Source: Bdellovibrionales bacterium
GTDB lineage: Bacteria > Bdellovibrionota > Bdellovibrionia > Bdellovibrionales > UBA1609
Length of the DNA: 64,000 bases
Direction: 5' to 3'
NCBI GenBank assembly: GCA_965204055.1
Contig: OZ241967.1
Coordinates: 1,186,126-1,250,125 of the forward strand
Part shown: positions 10,407-19,701 of the stretch, one piece after another
Layout: each line of letters begins with the position of its first letter
Position numbering within the stretch: position 1 is the first letter of the stretch
The notes under the pieces: generated by a model
Database searches by the model: none
The model's input: the letters and a program-made list of their open reading frames with translations, nothing else
Told to the model about the DNA's origin: nothing
Made by a program: the position numbers and the translations under genes

Positions 10407-10536
10407 ATTGTGTTCATTTTAGTTCCTTCCTTGTCAAGTGTTATTTTATCGGCTCATCAAAAACAAAACTTTAGTCAAAAGCACAAATATTTTTTCTAAA
10501 ATTCCCGCTTTGTAAAGGTGCTTGATATTGATATTT

Positions 10537-10552
10537 TGGCACGAATCTTGCA
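10537..10552 (+). promoter_or_regulatory. sigma54 (-24/-12) promoter candidate TGGCAC-N5-TTGCA
   Basis: tTGGCACgaatcTTGCAt with a GG to GC spacing of 12 nt, ~37 nt upstream of the ATG at 10589. Confidence 0.5.
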
Positions 10553-10588
10553 TACATTCTTTTATATTAAAAAACGGAGAAAAATATT

Positions 10589-10729
10589 ATGAAACAAAAC
10601 TCTCAAACTAAAAACAAAAAACCCACCTTCAGCCATGATAGCTTCTTTAAACATTTTTATTCTGATCCCAGTATGAAAAAGCCTTATATTGCTATTTTGC
10701 GAGTCTCAGCCGAACAAAAAACGCTCTAA
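10589..10729 (+). pseudogene. short ORF resembling the N-terminus of Rpn/YhgA-like nucleases (probable remnant)
   Basis: 46 codons; FSHDSFFKHFYSDP matches FLHDHLFKEVYSQP of the intact Rpn genes at 34534 and 42325; overlaps the 3' end of the convergent HTTM gene. Confidence 0.3.
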
Positions 10730-11621
10730 GCGCATTAGGAGGAATAAAAGCCATATAAGCAGACAATATAATGAACGCGAAAAAATAAATATTCAAACTA
10801 ATGGCAATGCCTATATGAAAAAACACACCTAAAATCAAAAAAGTTTTTCTAAGTTTTGTCCACACCAAGACTGGAAAGTAAACTTCAAACAAGACAGTAA
10901 AAACAGCTATTAACCCTGCTAACACAGGAAAAGAAAGCAGAAAAGAAAAATCAATCAAAGTAAAATCATAAAAAGAAAGAGCTTCCCATATTGCTGTGCC
11001 CTCCCACCAGGAACTGCCCTTTAGTTTTTCTAAACCGGAAAACATATAAATAACACATAACTGAATTTGTATAAACCGAAGAGACATTGTGTTTAACCAA
11101 TCCCCTTTTTCGGATCGATCGGAAATTAAGCCTTTTCGCTTGTGTAAAAAGTAATGCGCCCATTTCACTTGTTTATTAGATTGGGCAAATATGAGATAAA
11201 AAAGCCAAAAAGTAGCTATCACATCAGCACCAAATATAATACTGGGGTTTCTTTGTAAAAAAACCAGATGCAAAACAAAGGCTATAAGAGCCACCAATCG
11301 CCCCCCCACACCTAAAGCCATAAGAAGCAAAGCTATAATAAAACTCAGATAACAAATATACAAAAGAGCGTCAGAAGAAATAATAAAACTAAAACTGTTT
11401 TTTGCATACATTTTGTAAATGGTTTTAGCACCAGCACTACTTAACAAACCATTTTCATAAAAAAACATTCGTATATCAAAAAACCGAATCAAATACATAA
11501 CTAACAAAACAGAGCAAAAACAGAACCTAAAACAGGCAAGAGAAATAGTGTCAACAGGCTTAAACCAAAAGCTATCCCATTGCTGAATGCCTATAAAAAA
11601 TTTATCTTTTAACCATCTCAT
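10692..11621 (-). CDS. HTTM-domain (vitamin K carboxylase-like / SdpB-like) membrane protein
   Basis: 309-aa polytopic protein; N-terminal FWFKPVDTISLACFRFCF motif typical of HTTM domains. Confidence 0.65.
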   Translation of the reverse strand: MRWLKDKFFIGIQQWDSFWFKPVDTISLACFRFCFCSVLLVMYLIRFFDIRMFFYENGLLSSAGAKTIYKMYAKNSFSFIISSDALLYICYLSFIIALLLMALGVGGRLVALIAFVLHLVFLQRNPSIIFGADVIATFWLFYLIFAQSNKQVKWAHYFLHKRKGLISDRSEKGDWLNTMSLRFIQIQLCVIYMFSGLEKLKGSSWWEGTAIWEALSFYDFTLIDFSFLLSFPVLAGLIAVFTVLFEVYFPVLVWTKLRKTFLILGVFFHIGIAISLNIYFFAFIILSAYMAFIPPNALRAFFVRLRLAK

Positions 11622-11701
11622 TTTTTTGATCCTTAATCATTTAGGTAGTCCGTGAAAAACCTCTATTACTTTAATCATCCTAATTGACACTCCTTTTCCA
11701 C

Positions 11702-12364
11702 TCACAATAGATCATCGCCATCGCCAACAACATCATCATCAACGTCATCATCATCTTTGTCATTAACAGTGTCTATATTTCTGGATTTAACCTGTTTCCG
11801 ACAACGAGAAGAAGCAGAAAAAACAGTATTCATATTTTTCCTGTTATCAGGTGAAAAACCCCGGGGATCTAAAATTTTTGCTTTTTTAAAATGCGGGCGG
11901 TTTTCTACCATCACTTGGACAGTAATTTCATCAGCCAAAGGATGAATCCTACATAAGTAGGGTATAAAGTGCCGGATAATATGCCTTTTTCCTAAAAGCA
12001 TAAAAAAGCGAGAATGATAAATAAGGCGATTGTGATTCAAATAGATCCTTTTAGATTCTTTCCTGGAAGGAGGCCAACGAAAAGTGTCCACCTTGTTTTT
12101 TGAGTGAATAATCTCATACTCAAAAAAGTAATAATAAGTAGGGTTAGGAGCGTAAAAATCCCAGCTGGTAGAAAAAGACAAAGTATGAGCATAAGGCTTA
12201 AAATAGGGCATAACCTTTTCGTGAATCATAGACATATAATGTGGCACGATAAACATCATTGCCAAATGATATAAAATAAATAAAGAAAGTAGAACTTTTA
12301 AAACTCCACGAAGTTTCTTATTCTTGATAGGACCTTTAAAAACCGCTTTTACTTTTTTTTTCAT
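11702..12364 (-). CDS. membrane-anchored protein of unknown function, co-oriented with the HTTM gene, acidic C-terminal tail
   Basis: 220 aa; one N-terminal TM; WDFYAPNP motif; C-terminal DKDDDDVDDDVVGDGDD. Confidence 0.45.
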   Translation of the reverse strand: MKKKVKAVFKGPIKNKKLRGVLKVLLSLFILYHLAMMFIVPHYMSMIHEKVMPYFKPYAHTLSFSTSWDFYAPNPTYYYFFEYEIIHSKNKVDTFRWPPSRKESKRIYLNHNRLIYHSRFFMLLGKRHIIRHFIPYLCRIHPLADEITVQVMVENRPHFKKAKILDPRGFSPDNRKNMNTVFSASSRCRKQVKSRNIDTVNDKDDDDVDDDVVGDGDDLL

Positions 12365-12600
12365 TGATTTTTTACACCCTGTTATTATTTAATCATCAGT
12401 GAACAACCCTATCCACCACTGAAACGAAAAAGCCAAGTGGCTACTGTTCAGTTAGGAAAAAGCATTTATCCATAACCAATTATTTAATACCTAAAGAACA
12501 ATAAGAGCAAGTAAATTTAAACTCATTATTCCTTCAAAACCTATTTTTCCCTTAACTTTTTTGTTCGTTTACTCATTTAATAATCCATTTAATAATCTTT

Positions 12601-13320
12601 TTACAGCTTATTACTTACTTTCGAAGACCCTAAAGATCTTATTTCTTTAGAAACCCATTCCAGTTCATCCTGAAGGCTTTTTTGTTCAGAAAAAGAAGGC
12701 TTAGCACTCTCAAAGCGGGTTAAGATGGTTTTTAATTCTTCTGTTTCCAACAAAGATTCATTCTCATCTGCTAATAGCTCTCGAATATCCTCCGATGACG
12801 GCAGATCTTTTAAGCTCTTTAAGCCAAATACTTCCAAAAATCGAGGGGTGGTTTTATAGGTGATATACCGGCCCGGATCCACGCTCTTTGGCCCAAAACA
12901 CACAAGACCTTTTTCCATAAGTGTTTTAAGCAGATGACCAGATTCCACACCCCGCATTTCATCTATTGTCGATTTTTTACAGGGCTGGCGATAGGCCACA
13001 ATCACCAATACTTCCAAAGCCGGTGCAGATAACTGAAACAACCGTCCTTTAATCAGCCGGCGAATATAATCCTTGTTTTCTTCTTTTGTCCTCAGCTGAT
13101 AGGCCCCCGCTGTTTCTTTTAACTCTATCCCTCCAGTGCTATCCTTTTGGTATTTCTCTTTTAACAAAGATAGCCCTTTTTTAATTTCTGATAAAGGGAT
13201 TTTTTCCGTATGAAATAGCTTTAACAAATCTTGAAGAGATAAAGGACGACCCAAGGCAAAAAGTGCACTTTCTATTATAGATTGCAAATCATTGATAGAT
13301 AGTCTTTCTGTTTTTTTCAT
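12601..13320 (-). CDS. scpB: segregation and condensation protein B
   Basis: IESALFALGRPLSL, ELKETAGAYQLRTK and LSAPALEVLVIVAYRQP motifs; start moved to the ATG at 13320 (SD AAGGAG) because the longer ORF (to 13416) runs into a MITE-like element. Confidence 0.85.
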   Translation of the reverse strand: MKKTERLSINDLQSIIESALFALGRPLSLQDLLKLFHTEKIPLSEIKKGLSLLKEKYQKDSTGGIELKETAGAYQLRTKEENKDYIRRLIKGRLFQLSAPALEVLVIVAYRQPCKKSTIDEMRGVESGHLLKTLMEKGLVCFGPKSVDPGRYITYKTTPRFLEVFGLKSLKDLPSSEDIRELLADENESLLETEELKTILTRFESAKPSFSEQKSLQDELEWVSKEIRSLGSSKVSNKL

Positions 13321-13478
13321 TAAACACTCCTTTGTTAAATAGTAGCCCGTGAGCAACCTTTTTACTCCCTCTGAAAAACCAAGTGGCCTGCTTTTCAGTT
13401 TAGAGGGAAAAGACATTTATTCAGGATGAACTAAATAACCTTTAATTATAACTCTCATTTAAATATTCCTCATAAGTA

Positions 13479-14336
13479 TTAAGTACCCATCTCCTGAATA
13501 GAATGAAAATCCTTGTCTTTAAATGATCTCTGGACTAAAATGGAAATGTCAGCAAAATCTTTATCCTGCTCAAGAGACACAACCCCTAACCGGCTCAGCT
13601 CTAAAAGAGCCAAAAAAGTTACCAAAGTAGTTTGGGAAAGACTATCCCTTCCCGCTTGTTGGGTAAGCCCGCTCATTTTCATCTCAACCCCTACCCTTAA
13701 ACGATGATGAATGGCACGAATACAGTCCGATAAAAAAGGAAAAGGTTCTTGAAAGGACAAAGAAGAGGCCCCTTTTTTAGAAGAAGAGTCTTTTTCAAAT
13801 ACTCGCCGATAAGCCCTTAAAAGTTTAAGAAGAGGCTCTGGCTTTAGCTGTGGATCACGGGTAGTAGAAAAAAGCCGATTCCCGCTCTCGCTTTCAAGGG
13901 ACGGGGAAGCATAGATTTCCCTTCCCTCCGTTTGACTACTAAAATCTTCTGTCGCCCCAGAGGACCATACATCTTTTTTCAACAAAGAGTATTCACTCAA
14001 TTGCTTAGATACACTTTGCAAGACACGCATTTTCAACAAACTAAGCGTGAGAGCTTTTTCCAGTTCTTCTTCCTCGTTTTCTTTTTCTGCTTCAACAAAC
14101 TCTTGATGAGATTCAGAGGGAAAAAGCCGTTTAGATTTAATGTAAATAAGCAAAGCGGACATTCTTATAAAGTCCCCAGCAGAGTCCAAATCCTTAATAG
14201 AATTTTGCTCAATAAAAGCCAAATACTGCTCGGTGATTTTATGAATATCTATGTCAAAAATATCCATTTCCTCTCGACGAATAAGCTGAAGAAGGAGGTC
14301 TAAAGGACCACTAAACTCTTTAATCTGAATACGCAA
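13479..14336 (-). CDS. scpA: segregation and condensation protein A
   Basis: 285 aa; N-terminal FSGPLDLLLQLIRREEMDIFDIDIHKITEQYL and C-terminal TFLALLEL motifs; adjacent to scpB. Confidence 0.8.
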   Translation of the reverse strand: MRIQIKEFSGPLDLLLQLIRREEMDIFDIDIHKITEQYLAFIEQNSIKDLDSAGDFIRMSALLIYIKSKRLFPSESHQEFVEAEKENEEEELEKALTLSLLKMRVLQSVSKQLSEYSLLKKDVWSSGATEDFSSQTEGREIYASPSLESESGNRLFSTTRDPQLKPEPLLKLLRAYRRVFEKDSSSKKGASSLSFQEPFPFLSDCIRAIHHRLRVGVEMKMSGLTQQAGRDSLSQTTLVTFLALLELSRLGVVSLEQDKDFADISILVQRSFKDKDFHSIQEMGT

Positions 14337-14364
14337 TATAGCTCCTTTTGTGTTTTTTCCGGGT

Positions 14365-16128
14365 TTAAGTGTCTAATTGGGTATTATACAAAACCTCTTC
14401 TACTGTTGTCCTACCTTTACAAATTTTTTCTATACCGTTTTGCCGAAAAGTCACCATACCTTTTTTAATTGCCATTTTTTTAATGGTGTGACTATCTTTT
14501 TGATTCATTATCAATGTACGAATGTCTTCGTCTACTACCAGTATTTCCTGTATCATGGATCGGCCCGCGTAACCTTTAAAATCACACTTTTTACACCCTT
14601 TGGCTTTAAATATTTTTGCAGGTAATTTTATATCCGGATCTTCACTCATTAGAAAATTAAGGTCTTGTTTGGAAATACTTTGTGCTTGACGACAATCCAG
14701 GCAAAGCACCCTTACCAGACGCTGAGCCATAACGCCCAAAATGGAAGTGGCAATTAAAAAAGGTTCTCCTCCCATATCAATTAAACGAGGAAACACGGAG
14801 GCGGAGTCATTTGTATGTATTGTAGAAAGCACTAAATGGCCTGTTAAAGACGCGTTAATGGCAATTTTCATAGTTTCAATATCCCGAACTTCCCCCACCA
14901 TGATGGTATCCGGATCTTGACGCAAAATGGAACGAAGCCCGCTTGCAAAGGTTAAACCAATTTTTGAATTAACTTGAATTTGTCCAATGCCTTTAATGCG
15001 CCTTTCCACAGGATCTTCCACTGTAATAATGTTTCGATCTATGGAGTTAATTTGACTAAGCGCGGCATAAAGCGTAGTAGATTTTCCGCTTCCTGTTGGC
15101 CCGGTGATCAAAATAATCCCATAATTTTTCTCCAACAAGCCGTTAAAAATGTTTAAATTTTTTTGAGAAAACCCCAGATCATCTAATCCAAGAAGTAACT
15201 GAGTGCGATCTTGTAGGCGAAGCACCAGCCTTTCTCCGAAAGAGGTGGGGATACAGCTGAGTCGTATATCAATATCTTTTCCAGCCAGTCGTAAGTGGAT
15301 TCTACCATCTTGGGGGAGTCGTTTTTCCGCTATATTAAGATCAGCCATAATTTTTACTCTGGAAATAATGGCGTTTTGCAAACCCTTTGGAGGCTTGAAT
15401 ATGGGATAAAGAGCCCCATCTACCCTAAACCGCACTACTAACTCCTTTTCATAAGGCTCAATGTGAATATCAGAAGCTCTCTCCTTAACAGCTTTAAAAA
15501 GCAAGGTATTTACCAGTTTAATAACGGGTGCAGAGTCTTCCGTATCCAAAAGATCAATAACAGCACTTTCTATGTCATAATCCTCTTTGCTGATGTCAGC
15601 AAATTCGTCTAATTCGCCGGAGCTTCTTTCATAAACACTGTTAATAGCGGATTGCACTTTAGAGATTACGCTGATAACAGGTCGCACTTCTTTTTTAAAT
15701 TTTAACTTTAGATCCGAAAAAACCTGTAAATTAAGCGGGTTGGCACTAAGAACATAAATAACATGATCTTCTGACTTAAATGGCAAAACCATATTGGTCC
15801 TGGCATAGCTAATAGGAAAACGTTGAATTAAGTCCTCTGTTATGTCCTGCACAGGCACTTCTTTTATAAAAGGCACTTGCAAATGCTTGCACAAAAAAGA
15901 AAGAGCAGATTCTTCGTCCGAAAAATCTGTTTTTCTTTTCTCTAAAGTGTATTGGAGACTGACTCCTTTTTTATTTTTAGAGTGTAAAATGGTCTGTAAC
16001 TGAGTTTTGCTCAGTGTGCTGGATTTTAAAATAAGAGATTCGTAATTTTGAATGTCCATAAAGCCATAAATAGTTTGTCTTAAAATTTCACGGCGGGAAA
16101 TCCAATTTGTCAAGGTGGATCTTCTCAA
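14365..16128 (-). CDS. gspE: type II secretion / type IV pilus assembly ATPase (GspE/PilB family)
   Basis: 587 aa; Walker A GPTGSGKST, Asp and His boxes, C-terminal tetracysteine CLDC...CKKC; beside the gspF-N-like genes. Confidence 0.85.
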   Translation of the reverse strand: MRRSTLTNWISRREILRQTIYGFMDIQNYESLILKSSTLSKTQLQTILHSKNKKGVSLQYTLEKRKTDFSDEESALSFLCKHLQVPFIKEVPVQDITEDLIQRFPISYARTNMVLPFKSEDHVIYVLSANPLNLQVFSDLKLKFKKEVRPVISVISKVQSAINSVYERSSGELDEFADISKEDYDIESAVIDLLDTEDSAPVIKLVNTLLFKAVKERASDIHIEPYEKELVVRFRVDGALYPIFKPPKGLQNAIISRVKIMADLNIAEKRLPQDGRIHLRLAGKDIDIRLSCIPTSFGERLVLRLQDRTQLLLGLDDLGFSQKNLNIFNGLLEKNYGIILITGPTGSGKSTTLYAALSQINSIDRNIITVEDPVERRIKGIGQIQVNSKIGLTFASGLRSILRQDPDTIMVGEVRDIETMKIAINASLTGHLVLSTIHTNDSASVFPRLIDMGGEPFLIATSILGVMAQRLVRVLCLDCRQAQSISKQDLNFLMSEDPDIKLPAKIFKAKGCKKCDFKGYAGRSMIQEILVVDEDIRTLIMNQKDSHTIKKMAIKKGMVTFRQNGIEKICKGRTTVEEVLYNTQLDT

Positions 16129-16261
16129 AAAAATTAATTAGCGGTAATATCCTTCGGATATGGACTCATTATTTTTCCTAACCCGTATTTTTTTATTAAA
16201 AAGAACCTATTGCCTTTTTTTGAATGTTAATATTTAAATGTTTATGGTATAGAGAACAATT

Positions 16262-16930
16262 ATGTCAGATTCCGGTTATCAATTAGGCGCGCGCTTTTTT
16301 ATTTATTATGTGCCCTTGCTTTTTTCGCTCTGTGTGCATGAGTGGGCACATGCTTGGGTGGCCTCTCTAAAAGGGGACAATCTGGCCAGAGATCAAGGGC
16401 GACTGAGCTTAAATCCCTTGGTACATGCGGATATTTTAGGGACTGTCTTATTGCCACTTATTTCCATTTTCACTGGTCTACCTGTTTTTGGCTGGGCTAA
16501 GCCCGTGCCAGTGGATCCTTCTGTTCTTAAAAATCCGAAAAATGATATGTTTTGGATCGCGCTTGCAGGACCTTTGTCTAATTTTTGTTTATCTTTGATT
16601 GGGACAATTCTTCTGGCCATTTTTTATTTGTTGGACAATTTCTTACCAACCTTATATTCTGCTATATCAGTTACTACATTAGAGGCTTTTATTTACATTA
16701 ACCTCTTGTTAGGTTTTTTTAATTTAATACCTCTTCATCCTTTAGATGGGGGAAAAGTACTGGCTCGGTTTTTGCCAGTAGAATGGAACTGGCGACTGGA
16801 GCAATGGGAAACTTACACTACTTTTATTTTAATTGCTCTCTTTGTTATGGGTGCGTTTAGTTATTTGACACTTCCAGCCCATTGGCTTTCATCTCAGCTG
16901 ATTTTTTTGGCAAAAAATATTTTTACTTAA
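16262..16930 (+). CDS. site-2 protease family (M50) membrane metalloprotease
   Basis: 222 aa; HEWAHAW zinc motif and NLIPLHPLDGG motif; multiple TM helices. Confidence 0.8.
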   Translation: MSDSGYQLGARFFIYYVPLLFSLCVHEWAHAWVASLKGDNLARDQGRLSLNPLVHADILGTVLLPLISIFTGLPVFGWAKPVPVDPSVLKNPKNDMFWIALAGPLSNFCLSLIGTILLAIFYLLDNFLPTLYSAISVTTLEAFIYINLLLGFFNLIPLHPLDGGKVLARFLPVEWNWRLEQWETYTTFILIALFVMGAFSYLTLPAHWLSSQLIFLAKNIFT

Positions 16931-17003
16931 CGGCCTAAATAGTCAAAGAGAACGAACGAGGTTTTTCACGGACAGCTAAATATTAAATAGGAGTAATAAT
17001 AAT

Positions 17004-18212
17004 ATGCCTGTATTTGAATACAAAGGGGCTACAGCTAAAGGCCAACAAATCAGCGGAACAATACAAGCAAATGACTTGCAGAGTGCTAAATCTCAATTAA
17101 AAAATGATAATATTTTTTTATTTGATCTTAAAAACAAGACAGAGAAAAAAAAAGAACAACTAACTTTAATTTCCCGAAAAAAAGTGGATATAAAAACCCT
17201 TTGTTCCATGACTCGCTCGCTGGCTACCTTAATTAAGGCCAATGTGCCTTTAGTAGATTCTCTTACCACCCTCATCCGGCAAATCTCTCATCCCGCACTC
17301 ACTCCCGCACTCACTCAAATACGCAATCAGGTTAATGAAGGGTCTACCTTTCATAAAGCGTTAAGCCAATATCCCAAAATTTTTAACACAACTTATGTGT
17401 CCATGTGCAAAGCGGGAGAAAATTCCGGGACATTAGACATTATACTTTTAAAGTTGTCTGAGTTTACAGAAAGCCAAGCCGAAATGAGTAATAAAATTCG
17501 CTCCGCTTTAGCCTACCCTACTTTGTTGATATTTTTTACTTCAGGAGTGGTTTTGTTTTTGTTTGCCTATATTATACCAAAAATCACCACACTGTTTGAA
17601 GATAAAAACACCATTCCCTGGCACACAGAGTTAATTATGTCTATAAGCCATATCATCATACAATCATGGCTTCAGCTAATTATAGGTTCTGTTGTTCTTA
17701 TATTTATAGCTTACCGATGGACGAAAACACAAACCGGAAGGCAAAAAATGGATATATTTTTTCTTAAACTTCCCGTTATTGGAAAAATCATTCGCGCCAC
17801 CGCCATTTCCCGTTTTAGCCGGACCTTAGCCACCTTGCTAAAAGGGGGAGTTCCTATGTTAAAAGCAATGGACATTGTGCAAAATGTAGTGGGTAATGTG
17901 GTCTTAAAAAAAGCTATTCAGTCAGCACAAGCCAATATTCGTGAAGGAGAACCTATTGCGCGCCCTCTTCAGGAATCGGGGCAATTTCCACCTATGACAA
18001 TTCAAATGATAAAAATTGGAGAAAAAACCGGTAACTTAGAAGACATGCTTTTAAAAGTCAGTGACAATTATGATTTTCAAGTTAAAACTTCTGTAGACAC
18101 CTTAACTTCTTTGCTCGCGCCTGTTATGATAATGTTTATGGGATTAGTAGTGGGCTTTATTGTGTTTGCGGTAATGACCCCTGTTATGGATATGTATGGT
18201 GGAGTGCAGTAA
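17004..18212 (+). CDS. gspF: type II secretion system platform protein GspF
   Basis: 402 aa; duplicated GspF/PilC domain with three TM segments. Confidence 0.85.
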   Translation: MPVFEYKGATAKGQQISGTIQANDLQSAKSQLKNDNIFLFDLKNKTEKKKEQLTLISRKKVDIKTLCSMTRSLATLIKANVPLVDSLTTLIRQISHPALTPALTQIRNQVNEGSTFHKALSQYPKIFNTTYVSMCKAGENSGTLDIILLKLSEFTESQAEMSNKIRSALAYPTLLIFFTSGVVLFLFAYIIPKITTLFEDKNTIPWHTELIMSISHIIIQSWLQLIIGSVVLIFIAYRWTKTQTGRQKMDIFFLKLPVIGKIIRATAISRFSRTLATLLKGGVPMLKAMDIVQNVVGNVVLKKAIQSAQANIREGEPIARPLQESGQFPPMTIQMIKIGEKTGNLEDMLLKVSDNYDFQVKTSVDTLTSLLAPVMIMFMGLVVGFIVFAVMTPVMDMYGGVQ

Positions 18213-18380
18213 TCCCTTTTATTGACCAAAGCGCGAGGGTTTAAAAAATTATGGATATGTATGGCGGAGTGCAGTAATCCCTTTTAGGTGCTTATTCAGG
18301 GCAGACGGATTAAACCTTTAGATATATACTTGCCAAAAAGAAAAAAAAACACAATAATTTCTGAAAAAGGAGGAGAAAAA

Positions 18381-18914
18381 ATGCTTTTTAAACGAAAATG
18401 GGTAAATTTCTTCAAATATTTAAGCGGACACAGAAATACCAACCTCGCCAAAAGGTTTGATGGCCCAAGTAGGAGAAAAAAAAATCAACGAGTAAATTCT
18501 TTTAGAAACACCAAGGGCTTTAGTCTGTTAGAAATACTTATCGCCATGACTTTATTAGTGGGAGTGGTGGCAGGGCTTGTTTACCGCGTAATGCCCAGGC
18601 TTTCTCAAGGCCAGATGCGACAGGCCCGGATTACCATTAACCAGCTGGTCCAGGCAGTGGAAACTTTTTATATGGATTGCTCTTTTTACCCTTCCAATAT
18701 GGAGGGTCTGGAAGCTTTGATTGTAGCCCCTCAAAAATGTGAATCATGGGGACCGGAGCCTTATATTAGAAAAGTGCCAAAAGATCCCTGGGGAAATCAT
18801 TTTATATATGAATATGACGAAACCAATGGAACATATCAAATCATCAGCTTTGGCAAAGGGGGAAAAGAGGGTGGTGAAGGCCAAGCGACTGATATTTCCT
18901 CCAAAGATCTATAA
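18381..18914 (+). CDS. gspG: major pseudopilin GspG with a long leader
   Basis: KG|FSLLEILIAMTLL prepilin motif; C-terminal PKDPWGNHFIYEY....SFGKGGKEGGEG...DI typical of GspG; start placed at the ATG at 18381 (SD AAGGAGG); the track ORF starts at 18288. Confidence 0.85.
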   Translation: MLFKRKWVNFFKYLSGHRNTNLAKRFDGPSRRKKNQRVNSFRNTKGFSLLEILIAMTLLVGVVAGLVYRVMPRLSQGQMRQARITINQLVQAVETFYMDCSFYPSNMEGLEALIVAPQKCESWGPEPYIRKVPKDPWGNHFIYEYDETNGTYQIISFGKGGKEGGEGQATDISSKDL

Positions 18915-18937
18915 TAGCCCCTTATAAAAAAGCCTAT

Positions 18938-19687
18938 TTGCTTAAGGAAAAAAGGATGACACATCTCACTAAAATTAAGCAAATTCCCGCCTGCAAGGGA
19001 CTGCAAAGCCAACAACTTGGCTTTGCAGTGGCCCTTGGGCGAAAAAGGACAAATCAGGTGGCAATAAAATCTGCCGGTTTTACATTACTGGAATTACTAA
19101 TAGCCCTGGTGTTAATTGTCGGTATATTGGCAATGGGAACCACTTATGTTAAAAGGAAGGATAGCAGTATTAGAAAAACTTTCCGGCAGTTTATTGCCCT
19201 CAATCGCCAGTTAGATAGCCTGGCTCGCTTAAGAAGAGAAACTTACCGCCTCGTTATAAATATGAATGAAGACACTAATTACAACATGGCAAACGAAGAC
19301 AAAGAAGATAAACAAAACACCTGGTGGGTAGAAAAAAAACTTACCAAAAACCTTATGCCTGATGATGAGGAAGACAGCACTAACAAGATGGGCAATGCAA
19401 AACACTTAAACATCACATCAGATGGCTTTATTAGAGACAAAGATTTTTTTGAAAAACCTCAACCTTTACCCGAAAAATTAACTTTTGAAAGCCTGGAATC
19501 TTTAAGAAAAAAATCCCCTATAACCCAAGGGAAAGCTTATGTTTACTACTTCCCAGAAGGGCAGTTTGATATAGCTCTTTTAAAAATAAAAGGTAAAAGA
19601 GTTTATTGGTCTCTCTTTATTGATCGCTTAAAGGGAGAATTAACTGTATTTAATGAAAAAAAAAACCTAAAAGACTTTGAACAATAA
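18938..19687 (+). CDS. minor pseudopilin (GspH-like)
   Basis: AG|FTLLELLIALVLI prepilin motif ~45 aa from the start; position after gspG; likely ATG at 18956. Confidence 0.6.
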   Translation: MLKEKRMTHLTKIKQIPACKGLQSQQLGFAVALGRKRTNQVAIKSAGFTLLELLIALVLIVGILAMGTTYVKRKDSSIRKTFRQFIALNRQLDSLARLRRETYRLVINMNEDTNYNMANEDKEDKQNTWWVEKKLTKNLMPDDEEDSTNKMGNAKHLNITSDGFIRDKDFFEKPQPLPEKLTFESLESLRKKSPITQGKAYVYYFPEGQFDIALLKIKGKRVYWSLFIDRLKGELTVFNEKKNLKDFEQ

Positions 19688-19701
19688 AAGAGAGAACTTA
19701 A

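Noticed and set aside
10145-10417. 90-aa ORF MNTI(VLSFYRFI)n as a stand-alone protein
   Set aside because: It is simply the translation of the 8-bp repeat, which is open in all three frames. It is more sensibly the out-of-frame 5' part of the phase-variable pilin-like gene.
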